A stretch of 64,000 nt of DNA from Paramoeba atlantica (GCA_977017575.1 CDRNVI010000034.1:198367-262366), one strand, 5' to 3'; shown: positions 9,711 through 22,349, counted from the first letter of the stretch. Numbers and translations: made by a program. Notes: generated from the letters alone by a model not told the origin.

Positions 9711-11669
9711 TTACCCCCTTAAGTTCTTCAACCCCACATTTCGGTGCAAATCCTTCGGGTCGTGCCCTTGAGCTAGTGAGAGACTACGTGTCTCGATGGG
9801 AATAAACGGGTTGTCGGGGCTAATCTCCTTAAGCATCCCTGGGCACGAGATCCGGTGAGTGTCCCAGGCTCTCCACTGGAGTATCTTACCACAATCAAAG
9901 CACCGAACGAACGTGTGCCGCTCCGCGTGACTCTCCCACAGCGGCAACGAAATCCCAACATCACACTCGTCACACCAGCGACTTTCTGCAATACAACGAT
10001 TCCAGTGGGCGGACTCAAAATTCGGCGACGCGATGTTTGTTTTACAGTTACGGCAGTACCTCATTGGATTTGGATGCACTATATTATAGAGCTCCTCAAA
10101 AGCAATCTTGGTCGGCTCATGTATCACCCCAGGTCGCTGGAGGTACTCCCGCAGAAGTGTTGGACTTATACACGGCGCCTCAAGCGCACTGAGCGTGCGC
10201 CCGAGACTGTTCACCTCCAGTACCCAGCGCGGGTCGAATTCGACATACTTCACAGGGCTGTGTGCCTTTTGTATCGTCAGCACGGACACCAGATCACGTG
10301 GAACCAACGGCAGTTGGGACATCTCCAGCGAAGCGTCTGGGTAGTCAGGGTGGTAGACCCGAATCCGCATCGCATGAACCACCTCCTTCCGGTCTCCTTT
10401 CAACGGCAGTCGCACCGTGACACTGTGGTCCCGGACTTCGGTCACCACCCCTAGGTCCCCTGTCTCGATTGTCGTGCCGTTGCCATAGTTAAACTGCACC
10501 AGCTGGTTCACCTCTACGTCCAGCCGTCCGACAAACCCCACTGCCTGACGGCATGCCACCTTCATCAGGGACTCCTGGAGAACGCCTCCAATCTCGGTCA
10601 GCCGGAACCCTCCTTTCTCTCCACGATACAGGGGGGCGATTCGTCGGTGATACTCCTGAGTCGCTCGAAACCGCGGAAATATGGTGTAACACGCCCGTAC
10701 TCCCCTGATTTTGTCCACAAACGGAGAGGGGGGAATACAAGAGGAGCGAGCCCCAACGAGAGAAAACGCCTCCACGTCCGCGTCGGTGAGACACCCAAAA
10801 TGAGCCTTCTCCACCAACACCCCGTACGTATCCCGCCGTCGCAACGCCACCGTCTGCTCCAACGGAAAGGTCTCCCGCCACAGTGGGTGCTGGAACAGAA
10901 AACCCGTAAGCCCGGCCTCCGCGGTGGGGCTGAGCTCAAAAAAATTCCCCGCCACCACCAGCTGTATCCCCCCAAACGGGAGATCCGGATCCCGCGCGGC
11001 CCGGGCGGTGGCGTCGAACGCCTCAAACAGCGCCACCGAGACCTCCTGGATGTCATCAATCACCACGACATCGACATTCTCCACCGTCGGGAAGCACTTG
11101 AACAGCCGCTCCCGCATGTGCCGCCGGTGGCGCTCCATCATCGCGGTGAGCTGCTCCCTGCGGCCCTGGACGGCCCCGAGCCCTTTGAGGCCCAGCAGCG
11201 TGTGCAGGTGGATCCCGCGCATGTGCCAGGCCCCGTGGGCGGTGGCCCCGGTGAAGGCGACCCGTTTGTGGGCCACCGAGAGCAGCGCCTCCCCGATGCG
11301 TCGCGCGAGCCGGGTCTTGCCGCGGCAGGTGAACCCGGTGATGAAGAGGTGGTGGCCGCGGAGCGCGAGGGCCTCCGCGAAGGCCTCGTCCCGGGAGTAC
11401 GCCCACGGGGGGGTGGGGTCGGTGGCGTCGGAGGGGAAGCCGTGCTCCTTCATGACCTCGTAGTGGAGGTGGTGGGAGGAGGGGGTGGGGGAGGGGGTGG
11501 TGGGGGTCATCGTCGTAGTCGTAGTCATGGTACTACTACTACTACTACTAGAACTCGGGGGTGGGGAGGTCGCGAGGGGGCGAGGAGAGGTGAGGAAGGG
11601 GAGAGAGGCGTGGGAGGCGCGGGAAGGGAGTGAGCGGAGTCGTTGTGCGGAGCGAAAGGCGTGGATCAT
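9711..11669 (-). CDS. PIF1-like helicase homolog, mitochondrial, with degenerate motifs and C-terminal zinc-finger array
   Basis: LFITGFTCRGKT (Walker A-like), VVVIDDIQEVS (Walker B-like), PFGGIQLVVAGNFFELSP, QLPL; presequence MIHAFRSAQRLRSL; C-terminal CxxC..H..C repeats. Confidence 0.8.
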   Translation of the reverse strand: MIHAFRSAQRLRSLPSRASHASLPFLTSPRPLATSPPPSSSSSSSSTMTTTTTMTPTTPSPTPSSHHLHYEVMKEHGFPSDATDPTPPWAYSRDEAFAEALALRGHHLFITGFTCRGKTRLARRIGEALLSVAHKRVAFTGATAHGAWHMRGIHLHTLLGLKGLGAVQGRREQLTAMMERHRRHMRERLFKCFPTVENVDVVVIDDIQEVSVALFEAFDATARAARDPDLPFGGIQLVVAGNFFELSPTAEAGLTGFLFQHPLWRETFPLEQTVALRRRDTYGVLVEKAHFGCLTDADVEAFSLVGARSSCIPPSPFVDKIRGVRACYTIFPRFRATQEYHRRIAPLYRGEKGGFRLTEIGGVLQESLMKVACRQAVGFVGRLDVEVNQLVQFNYGNGTTIETGDLGVVTEVRDHSVTVRLPLKGDRKEVVHAMRIRVYHPDYPDASLEMSQLPLVPRDLVSVLTIQKAHSPVKYVEFDPRWVLEVNSLGRTLSALEAPCISPTLLREYLQRPGVIHEPTKIAFEELYNIVHPNPMRYCRNCKTNIASPNFESAHWNRCIAESRWCDECDVGISLPLWESHAERHTFVRCFDCGKILQWRAWDTHRISCPGMLKEISPDNPFIPIETRSLSLAQGHDPKDLHRNVGLKNLRG

Positions 11670-13918
11670 AGGCAGGGTGAGAAGAAAGGGGATAGTTTTG
11701 AAGATAAAGGTAGTTAGAGGTAAAGCTACTTTAGAGGTAGTAAAGGTAGTTAGAGTTAAAGGAAAGGGTATTTAAAGGAGAGAAGGACTTTTTTCAGTAG
11801 TCGAACTTTTTTCAAAAAAAGTTCCCAAGGGGTTGAGTATGGTTACGTCAACAGGAGTTATCCTCCGTCCCAATTGGAAGGATGTGTCTGGGCCTCGACC
11901 GTTGTCGAATCTGTAGGTTCGTAAAGGTCGGGGGAGAATCCGTATTGGATTAGGAGGTTACGAAAGGTCTCTTTGACTATCTTGTGGTGGGAGGCTTGCC
12001 ACGGACCTTCTTGCAGTCCAGTGCGTGGACGCAGAACCCCTCATTTCATACCTTTTGTTTCATTGAACCAGATCTATTTTGGGCTAGTTGAATGGTTAAT
12101 TGAACCACTTTTGGAGGCTGGATATGATGACATGTTGTACAGCTACGCTGAACTAGGCGACTGTAATAACAGGGACCACATGAGTGAATTATTCATAATT
12201 TAATCGTTTTATGTTATCTTTTATCTGGGCATTGCCCCTCTGGATGGCCACTCCGAAGGCCATCAGAAGGTGCGAAAAACATCCGTTTTTGTCTGATCTT
12301 TCTTGCTGATGACGTATCAAACGTCATCTGATGACGTTCGAAACGTTGTTGCTTAAGATCATCTCAACGGTACATGATCATCTCAACGGTCTTGTACGGA
12401 ATGGTATACGTTATGTGAGTACACTCGTTACCCAACAGCCAATACTCGTGACTCAGCAGATGAGTCCAACCATGTTAACTCGTATATTATATACATCTCC
12501 TTAGTACGGATAGTACGTACTAAGTACCGTATTATCCGTACTAAGTACGAAAGTCCGTACTTCATACATTTTGAAAAATATTTTATGCCAAAGTGGGACC
12601 TTGACTACGAATTTCAATTAAAGAAAAGCTCGTCTTTTTCATTGGAAAACAATGTTGGGATCGCATTACTTAAACTAATTTATTATTCCGTTACTTATAG
12701 CATTTTCTTTTTAATTTTCATTCACTTTTCTCCAGCACCATGTCTAGGAAGTCAGACCGAGGTGAACAGGATGGAAGCGAGGTAACTCCCGAAAGAACGG
12801 TCTCTCGCACTTATCACGCAACGCCGTCTAGCGTTCTACGCGAGAGGGGGCGGTTCCCCTTTTTGCAGTCGTACGTTGCTCGGCAAAATTTCATCACGAC
12901 CATGATGCAATGCCCGTTGACGGTATGGGGCATGAATGTCATTACAAATGCATGGCCCCTGGCTGCCATTTTGAATCTCATTGCAAGACTCGTAATCATT
13001 ATCAACAACACCGTAAGCACTGCGATCTTCGAATTGATAAGGAGAAACTTGACGCTGTTCAAATGGCTATGTCGTGTGAAAGGGAAACCGAGCTTTACGC
13101 CACACGAATAGTACCCAGCATGCACGCTCTCATGAGCACTCCTTCTCAGCAATTTCTTACTTTTGTTCGGTCGCTCCTGGAGCAATGGCCTCCAAAGGCT
13201 ACCATTGAACAGTTTCTAGCCTTTTTCCCCAAAAAGACCGGAAAATTTCACGAATGTGAATCTGTTCTCGCCGATGAGTTATGGGAAATTTTCAAGTCGG
13301 ACATAAGTATACATACTTTGGGGCTGCCGTTGACGCTGGTATCGATCGGATGAAGGAGAACATATACTATTATGTGTGGTATATGTCGGCCCTGAGGAAC
13401 ATGTTCTTCCCCCTATGTACTCGCCTCAGTACAAGGCATTTGACGGGAAGCTCATGGCTGAAACCCTGGTGAACAGTATGACGATCAACATCGGATGTGA
13501 ACGACTGAAAAAATTAAAGTTTTTAATGGTTGATGGAAGTGCTGTAAATCATGTAGCTCGCTTGTATTGCGAGGGACATTTCCGTGACATCTATGAGAAG
13601 ACAGATTACATTGGAGTTTACAGATGAAGGCGAAGACAAAGATTTTACAGAGTAACCACCCTCTCATTGGACTAATTTAGGGTGATTTTTCGTAGTATTA
13701 AACTAAAATTAATGGAATCTTGTAATACTATTCGAATGTATTGTTTTTGAATATGTTGAAATCATTGAGTGATCAAGGTGGAAGATGGGACTTTAAGGAA
13801 GTTGGGACTTTAAGGACAATATTTCATGCGGCATTAACTATATTATTCCATGGGCGATAACTGAAATTGATGTATGATGTTGATTGCAAACCTTTGTAAA
13901 AATATACAGCATTCTATA

Positions 13919-15438
13919 CAGGGGGGGTCACGAAAAGAGTGGGGGGTCTAAAATTTGTACCGTGCGAGCTTTTGACCTAATTCCTTCGGCATTCAACAGA
14001 TCTCGAAATTTTAAGACTACGTGAGTTATAACTACTTAGGCATATAAGGTTGAGTGATAATGGTGAGTCGGCAAAAAACAGGTTTTGTTGTTTTTTGCAT
14101 ATTTGGATTTTCTCATTATTTCATTATTGATCCCCCGTTTTTTTCTCGAAGAAGTCTGATTCGGGACGGGAAGCTCGTCAAAGTATTATTATACGATGCT
14201 TTCATATCAGATAATAGATAATCAAGCGCTTTTGGAATTGCAGCTTGTAGTTCCTTACGGTTTGTGGGGCGGAGAGTAAATTTTATGTGGTGATCCATCA
14301 TGCTCCACAAATTTTCAGTTAAATTTAAATCCGGCGACTTGGCAGGCCAATCAAGAATGCTGATACCCATGTCTCTGCCGACGCGGCGAGCGTGATCCAT
14401 GATCACTGTTGCCGCTGGTTTACGCTTTAACCAGTTGTAGAAACCATTTCGTTTTGTCATGGCAGAGAGAAACGTTTCATTAGTGACCGTCTCATTCTCC
14501 GCAAACTCATGAAAACAGTGAACCTTGGGAACCCCCCATTCAAGGCTCACCGCCATCCAAATATGAACCCCCTTTCCTCCGAAATATTTCTCAACATCTT
14601 TTGGTACCTCAAGGGGTTCATCTGACCTTTTGCAAATGTACCAAATATTGCGTGAGTGGTACCCGCATTTAAAAATCTTTTCATCCGTCCACAGAATACG
14701 GGCGTATTGAAAAGGGGTGAACCTCTCCAAACGATTTGCCAACTCCAGGCGGTCGAATTTGTGCTGAGGCGTGAGATGAGGAACTTTCCTCATTTTTCTG
14801 CTTATGTACCCGCTCCTTTTCAGTGATCTTTTCACAGACGAAAGAGAGCATGGGTACTTGGTTTGATCGAAGATGGACAGCCAATGGGACTACGTTGATT
14901 TTCTTCATCTACAATAGATTCTAACATTATTCGAAACTCTTCATTATGAATCGCATTCTTACGTATGTATTTTATACGTTCTAACCCTCCTGTCTCCCGG
15001 TGGCGTTTAACCCATCGAGAGACAGTTGCTTCACTGCATTTCATAAGAGCAGCAGTGTCTGTAATCGAACGTCCCTGGTTTTGTACCTCATGGACGCAAA
15101 TTACACGTGTTTCATAAGTGATTTGTTGCGTCGAGAGGGTGCGCCTCTGGCGGCGAAGTGTTTTCGGCATAAAAGATGTGTTAGAAAGAGTTAAGTGGTA
15201 TTTTATTGATAGATTAATGGGCTAAAATGATAAAAAATGATAAAAATCCGATTTTTTGCAGAATTTTTAGGTAAAAAATTCAGTAAAATTTTATCATGAC
15301 GTCATATCAGCTTCAGGGGCGGCAACAATGGTGCCAGTAGTCTTAAAATTTCGAGATCTGTTGAATGCCGAAGGAATTAGGTCAAAAGCTCGCACGGTAC
15401 AAATTTTAGACCCCCCACCTTTTTCGTGACCCCCCCTG
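13919..15438 (-). mobile_element. Tc1/mariner transposon, 1520 bp, 102-bp TIRs, TA TSD
   Basis: TA|CAGGGGGGGTCACG...TTAAGACTAC (13919-14020) and matching inverted copy 15337-15438|TA. Confidence 0.95.
14116..15170 (-). pseudogene. Tc1-family DDE transposase, frameshifted and with deletion in the catalytic core
   Basis: HTH ORF 14832-15170 plus DDE ORF 14116-14835 (WTDEK, WPAKSPDLNLTENLW); only 26 residues between second D and E instead of 34. Confidence 0.9.
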
Positions 15439-15968
15439 TATATTCAATGAAAATAGTTTCTAAAAGTTCTTAGATCACTTTCACTTTTCCTTTCCGTTCT
15501 CTTATACATTTTTTGGGCGGGTGTCGGCGATCACCTATTTGTTAGTTCATAGCAAGTGAGAAAATAGTGATAAATATAGAGTGTCTTTTGATTCAAATTT
15601 TTATGCCTTCACCGTATGCTTCTTCTATATTCCTTTTAAATTACTTCTATAATTGCTTTTATTTAGTGAGTGTATGCCCTTCATGACAGAGGTTGCATCC
15701 CTTCAGCGTCACATGGTACACTACTTCAGTGTGGTTTCTTTATTTGAAATTGTTAGACAAACTGCATGAAGTACGGACTTTCGTACTAAGTACGGATAGT
15801 ACGGTACTTAGTACGTACTAGTACGAAATACGGGGTCCGTACTACGTTTAGTACGAAGTTCCGTACTGCGGAGATGTATGTATATATCAACCCCACAAAC
15901 GAACCAGTTTTCGAAGCAGAGAAGGGACAGACCGCGATGCCGCATCGGCGAAATCACGAAGACTGAAT

Positions 15969-16600
15969 TTGACGTGTCAGCTCTTCCGAGTGGACCCGGA
16001 CAACGTTTTCGCACCCAACCTCCAACGCGCCGTTTATCTCATGTGGACGGAAACAACGTGGACTACTCGAGAGCGAATTTGGACGTTCCTCAATCAGTTT
16101 TGCGACCAAAGGCGCATTCAACTGACGGCGTTGCACGTAATTTTATTTCTCGATTCCCTGGATGTCGCAGTAAAGACGCACCTCACGTACGCACGGGGTC
16201 TCCATACGATTTACACACACATGAGCGAAGACAACACATCACTACAGATCTATGCGAAGGCGCTACAAGCGCAGGGAGGGTTGGAACCCCAACGGCGAAT
16301 GGAGCCGCTAACTCCGTATTCGCTCCAGAAACTGTGCAGCAGTATCACGTACTCACAAGCAATGGCTGTGTTGCTATGTTGGAAAGCGGCGGCTCGGTGG
16401 ACCGAATGCGCCGAATTATGCCGCAATAAATTCTTCAGCGTGTCGCCCATGGAAATAGTGATTTACTCGGGAAGAACCACAAAATTGACTCGACTCAATC
16501 CTTATCGCCCGTACATAAATGCAGTAATCACGGGTCCGGGGACGCCGGAATTACCGTTACCATTTGGGCGCCCAACGCATTTTCTGCGTGGGGGCGGCCT
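15969..16600 (+). mobile_element. Tyrosine-recombinase fragment of a TATE/VIPER/DIRS-like element (N-terminal SAM-like domain plus first catalytic Arg)
   Basis: TWTTRERIW..L.QFC, THLTYARGL, LLCWKAAARWTE (R box), TTK..R.NPYRP; HxxR and Tyr motifs not found, so truncated. Confidence 0.65.
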
Positions 16601-17831
16601 TTTCTCCTGGGACAACTCACATCTTTTGATGTGTATCATTCGTATTAACATACATTGTTGTTCTGAGAACAAGAACACGTTCTGGTTCTCAGAACCAAAG
16701 AGCACTGTTTTCAGAACGTCGAGAACACGTGGATTTAACTCAGCGGTCGTCATCTCCTCTTGAGAAAGTGTGGTGATTTTTAGCAACCTTTGTCCTCATA
16801 AACTATGTAGGTTATTGAAATTAAGCAAAACCATGCAAAATACTTTGAATATTATTATCATACATTCGCGAGTATCTAGGGCCTTGAGTACCTGGGTACC
16901 GTACTCGCGTACCGTACGCGTGGTACTCGGTGTTATCCACAACATAAAATACGGGAGATAGGAAAATATCTTTGCCATATCGGAAGGCATTGGATAGTGC
17001 TGTCACCCACTTTTGTATTTTAGAGGGTGACCCCCCCTGTCATACCTCCGTTTTCATTCCAAACGATGCATCATCACCCCCCTTAATAATGTTTATACTT
17101 CCATCTAAGAAACTCCCACTTCCCCCAATAATTATTTTTTTACGTAGTAAACGTACGTTCTTACGTACATTCACAGCCCTCCCAGATTTCCCAAACTCCT
17201 AGAACTTCTCGAAAAAAACGCCGCAAAGCTGGGGAGGTTGTAGCGGTCAGATGTTTTTAAAAAATATGTAGCTTTTTTTCATTTTTTTAAAGACAGCTAA
17301 AAATATCGGGAACGTGATCTCGAAATTGTGAACGAAAAAGTGCTATCATAACCTCCCTAGGCTCCTTCATGCAAAAAAATAGGGGGGGGGGTGACTTATT
17401 CGTGTCCCGGGGTTTATACGTTTTGTACATAATCGTTTTTGTACATATTTTTGTACATAATTCATAAGCCAGTTTTTCTTAACTGGCTATGTGTCAGGAG
17501 CATTGTTGGAAATCTGTGATATGAGTCAGATCCTTTGACAATGTTGGGGCTTAGCGACCCCCTCCTTTCCAGCTACGTCCACAGCAACGTTTATACTTTA
17601 ATTTTTGTCGTAACTGAGTCTTTCTGTGGTTTTACTCGGTGTTATCTAAAACCTCGGTACAATTATCCATGGATTTCACTCTACGCGCGCTATGAAGTCT
17701 AGTCAATTTTTTTTAGAAAACAAAACAGAAACTTATGACTTCTTTAGCAAGTATTACTTGCTAAGACTATTACTTAGTAAGATGTATGCTTTATTTGCGT
17801 GTCGTACACCATTATTTTTCATTTTAATCTA

Positions 17832-18150
17832 CCGTATACCCCCCCCAATAAGGTACCCCCCCAGTAAGAGAGATTTGGCCCTTTTTGGGCTGACCCCCAG
17901 TAAGAGAGATTTGGCTTGGGAGCCCAACAGGAGGAGTACAGGGGGTAGGGGGTGGGTGTCTGCATGTTGGGGGCCTCGGGGGTAGCCCAAATAAGCGTTT
18001 TAACACGTTTTCAGAAGAAAAAATAGAAAAAATAGCCAAAAAAATTGGGAGAAAAGAGGAAACTGGCCAAAAAAGGTTACCCCCCCTCAGTAAGAGAGAT
18101 TTGGCCATTTTGACCCAAAACCCATTCTCTTACTGGGGGGGGGTATACGG
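17832..18150. mobile_element. Tc2/pogo-type MITE (CCGTATACCCCC termini, TA TSD)
   Basis: TA|CCGTATACCCCC ... GGGGGTATACGG|TA; same family as 58042-58765 in opposite orientation. Confidence 0.9.
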
Positions 18151-18155
18151 TATTA

Positions 18156-19152
18156 CTGTGACCCCCGCTTTATACTTCGCCCGTTTTGAGCAGTAACGAA
18201 GTATAAAGGGGGGGTCTGAATTTTTTTCCCCGCTGTAAAAAAAAACAGAAACCCCAGCCCCGTACAACCAATAAATAGCTCCGCGAAGGAATCAAACAGT
18301 AGAAATTCTAAATCAGAAACGCACAAACGTGCCCGATCAAAGGCCAAGCAAACAAGAAGTTTGCCCAAAAAGGCTCCAGAATAATGAAAAACAACGTGTA
18401 CAACGTAAAACCAAGGTTTTCGTACCTACAGTTACGACGCGCACTCCACAAATTAAACGATTACATTGTGAGGAGGAATGTACAGCACAAAAATCTACGA
18501 GGAGTTCTGATTGAACAAATGAGGACTGAATTTTCATGCATAGGGAGGTGTTTGAATGCGCTCATTATTATTTTCTTTCTTTTCAAAATATACATACCCT
18601 TTTTATATACACTGGTTGCGTAAACAAGGTTTCGAATTAACAACGCGTCTCGCTCTATGCCCTAGGCAAAAACAGAGGTGTAGAGCCAACAGGTCAGAAG
18701 GTCAAATGAATATGAAGGCGAGTTGCTGGAAGACACATTCACCCTAAAGAGGCATTTCCAAAGAAAGTAACTAAGATACATGGATGGCAGGGCTGTGGAA
18801 GGTGCTTCACCGCGTAAATTTTAGGTGATATTGTATTTTTGTATGTTTCGTTACTAGTATGAACTACAAATCCGTTAACTGATATTTCAATATCAGTGTC
18901 TTTGTTGTCGTTGTTGTTGTAAAAAAAAATGCCGCGCCGCTTCGCGGCGCGGCTCGTCCAGTTTTCCAGTTTTTCCTTTTATATCACCTTCCATTTCTAG
19001 AAGGGAAGACTTGGAACGTTCTTGTTTTTTTCTAAAAATAAATAGAAAAATTACGAAAATAAATAAAAAATCGCCCCCCTTTCGGGGGGCGCACAAAAAA
19101 CAAAGTATAAAAGGGGGGTCTGACTAGCGAACTATAAAGGGGGGGGGCACAG
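18156..19152. mobile_element. Deleted TIR element (CTGTG-C-run termini, TA TSD), possibly pogo-like
   Basis: TA|CTGTGACCCCCGCTTTATACTTCG ... CGAACTATAAAGGGGGGGGGCACAG|TA; subterminal hairpins; ORF 18384-18623 weakly resembles a CENP-B-type HTH; shorter copy at 55128-55480. Confidence 0.75.
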
Positions 19153-19856
19153 TAAATGAATTAATGCCTCCTTCATCGTACTCTACTTCATAAGGATAAA
19201 AAAACATCATCCCGAGGCCTTGAGTTCGGCCAAAAAATCCCAGAGCGACATGAAAAGTAGTTCCAAAAGTACTCGATGAACAGAATTCGCCACTTCGATG
19301 AATTCATCGAAGTGACTCACCTTTCGATGAACGTTCACGGAAACGTATGCATAGCCATTTTTTTGATATCCTTATGGTGACATTCGAATACTACGACTCG
19401 GAATCGGACCACCCGAGAGAACTTCGGTGTGAACCAGACTCGACCGACGACACTTCTGATGACGCTTCTTCTGAAACAATCGGCACAGATTCCGAGACTG
19501 ATTCGGAAAGAAATGATCCCGATTGGGATCCCGATGATGAATTTTCTGTCTCCTCGATTTGTGACACAGAGGATTGGGGCGAGGAGGAAGGTCTCAGTGC
19601 TCTCACTAGCCTGAAAAATGTGTGCATATTTTCAGGCTAACAAGACAATGATTTTGAAAGCCGCTGACTTACAAGCTTACAAAAAGACAATCGGGAAAAT
19701 TAAACATCATTTCCTTCCTCAGAATCTGCAGATCCTGTTTTAACCCCAATAGTATATGAAGGCCAACTTTTGAACCTTCTCAATGACGAAAATCATACCA
19801 CAATTGAAACGGCCGAGGGAGCTCCAGGTGGATTGATGCACATGGTAGAAGAATCG

Positions 19857-20028
19857 AGTGCGGATGTACGTGAGAATAAAAATATAACTTCCACGATGGA
19901 AAATGCGGAAACACAGCCCGATCATAAGGGGATGGCGGTGGAAGTGCGGATGTACGTGAGGGTGAAAATGCTACTTCCACGATGAAAAATGCGGGAACAC
20001 AGCCCGATCATAAGGGGATGGGGATGGA
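19857..20028 (+). repeat. Two imperfect tandem copies of an ~86-bp unit
   Basis: AGTGCGGATGTACGTGAG...CTTCCACGATG...AACACAGCCCGATCATAAGGGGATGG at 19857 and 19943. Confidence 0.85.
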
Positions 20029-20318
20029 AGACTGCGAAAAAAAGGTTTACTCTTTGCGAAAATCTTTATACCCAAAAAATAAAACCATAAGTGCGCTTCC
20101 TCTAGCCCCCACCCCTCCACCGAGGCTGTGGGGTTACATTGGTGAGTATGTAGTTAGTATCTGTAGGTACGTGTGAGTTTCTGTAAATTTCTGTGAGTCG
20201 CTGTGGGCTGCTGTGAGTCGCTGTGAGTATTTTTTTGCGACGAAAAATGGCGATCTAGAGACTCACCATTAGCTCTTTATCGAGGGGCTGAAGAAGGCGA
20301 GGTCGGACCTAGAAGTCC

Positions 20319-21060
20319 GTGCTAAGACCCTTGACAAGTCCGGCGCTTGTGCCCGCCAGACGGGATATGTGCTTATGCGATGAGTGCATTTCCTTACGTG
20401 CGCATCACAGAAAGGACCTTCGCGCACGTGCGAAGACGCAACCCCCCCGGGATCCCTCCTCCCCTCTCTGCTTCTTCCAGATCCTCTCGGCACCGGTCGG
20501 TGACCCGTAGACCCCCGCGCTCTATCTCTCCTCGGAGCCGCTCCCAGAACAGAGCTTGTACCCTTCATGCGAAAGCCCCTTTTCCGATTTTGAGGGGAAG
20601 CTGTTGGGGAAGCATCGGGCACGTCAAACCACTCCGGAAACCCTCGCTGACCGTCCGCCACATTTCAAACAATTGACCCTCAAAGAATCATACCAAAAGA
20701 TAAGCAAAACACAGAAGGAAACTTTGACATCCTTGGAAGCCCTATCGGATCCCACGAACACTGCGCTGAGTACCTCATGACCCATGCGATCGAACCAGCC
20801 GAAGATACTTTAGATGCTTCCAATTTAATTGAGGACCCACAGGTCGCCATGTCACTTGTACGACAATGTGCCGGCTTTTGTCAACTGGTTCGTGCTCTAC
20901 GTACAACACCTCCACAATGTCTACAACGCGTTTGTGAACATCTAGACAATTCACTGCTGAGCACAACTGAAGAGATACATGTACTTTGCCCACTGAACAC
21001 CCCTGCCCGTGCTCAGATCCAACGCCTGAAGAGACACGGAGGTTTCGTTCTGCGTTCATC
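20319..21060 (+). mobile_element. CRE/SLACS-like non-LTR retrotransposon fragment
   Basis: AEDTLDASNLIEDPQVAMSLVRQCAGFCQL is paralogous to the post-RT segment at 36360-36460; LKRHGGFVLRS resembles the L..GG.GL motif; degenerate Zn-finger-like sequence upstream. Confidence 0.65.
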
Positions 21061-22349
21061 GGAACGCAAATTCTCGAATTTCTCTATTCGGTCTGCGTTC
21101 ATCGGAAATATACTCTTCTGCAAATTACGTAGCATCTGTTGTGTTCGCAGCAAGCAAAGACGGGTGAAATCCACTGGACGGGGAAAGTCAAAGGGAGAGA
21201 AAGTGAGAGAGAAAGAGGGAAAAGTGGAAAATTGTTTTTATTTGCATAAAAACAAAGTGCAAGTGCTAATTTGATTGCTTGTTTTCAAATCATATACCCC
21301 CTCCCCCCAATGGACCTCCATGGTTCAAGTACTGGGTAAAAATATGGAGACAATGCCGCGTTTCATACTTTAAATTTACTAATTTAATAGCAAAAAAATA
21401 ACTTATTTCTACATGTCGGTATTTCATACATGTATGTATTTATTGGAAAATGCCCATTGTTCTTGTTCTGCGAGCCTTACTCTACTGTGCTCTAAGAATC
21501 TGTTCCTTCTTTCCTTTTTCTTTCGTACAAATGCCTGACGTCTCGGTCCAAACCGTATCAGAGGAAATTCAGACCTAGCTTGGTCTTCCGGAAAAGTACA
21601 ATGAAATGGAAGGCAGCGATACAAAAGCCTTTGAAGCAGTATCGCTTTGTTCGCGGGAACATCACGCTTCTTCAAGGTGACCCGGACGCAATTGATCGTG
21701 TTCTAAATCGCTGTCTGAGCCCGGTTACGTTTTATGACGATGTGCATATATGTGGTGTCCCGCTTCTAGCCATAGGGATCGCACAATTGATCCTTAATGG
21801 TGGGTGGCTAGGTGCGGAGCACGTACGAGATGGCTTCATTAGCGAAGCCAGTCTGGAACTTCGTTCGTCGACGAACTCTTGAAAGTCTGTGCCGCTCTGT
21901 GGTGGAAAGCATGCCTCGGCGAATAGAGGCAGTAATAAAGGCGAAAGGGGATGTTACGAAGTACTAAGAGGTAAGTCGAAAATTCGTTTTTATGTCAAAG
22001 CATCTTGTGTTCTCTGCAAAAAAATCGAAAATTGCAAAAAAAACTGTTCACATGTTTTCTTTCACTTGCATGCGATCATACTTTTATTACAAAGCCGATC
22101 AAGTCGTAAGATCAAGTCTATGGCAACACAGTGTCCATGCATACACTACTCTGATATACTACTTCAATGCACACGACACCTGGCTACAGGGAAACACGAA
22201 CAACAAAAAAGTGTCCAACATGTGAACAGTTTTTTTGTAGTCCATTTTTGTAGTACTTTAAAGCGTTTAAAAAACTTCTACCCTGTGTTCCCGGAATCGT
22301 GTCCCAGACCTCTCTGGGGAAATCAGGAGACTGGTCTCCTGGTTCAGGA

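Larger units (their letters stand above)
12491..15879 (+). mobile_element. hAT-like DNA transposon relic bounded by GTAC-rich inverted repeats, interrupted by a Tc1 element
   Basis: 12512-12565 is near-perfect reverse complement of 15767-15820; outer ends ATACATCTCC / GGAGATGTAT; internal frameshifted ORFs 12910-13627 carry a C-x4-C..H-x3-H finger, FGAAVDAG and FLMVDGSAVN (hAT-like DDE motifs). Confidence 0.6.

Noticed and set aside
11529-11550. (TAC)n microsatellite
   Set aside because: Encodes a poly-Ser linker after the PIF1-like presequence; ordinary low-complexity sequence.
10647-11633. Long plus-strand ORFs over GC islands (also 3452-3775, 4826-5368, 26252-27019, 61307-61876)
   Set aside because: Antisense shadows of real minus-strand genes; stop codons are depleted by extreme GC and skew, and products are low-complexity.
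14800-14880. Programmed frameshift joining the Tc1 HTH and DDE ORFs
   Set aside because: The DDE ORF also has a deletion in the D-34-E interval, so simple decay is the better explanation.
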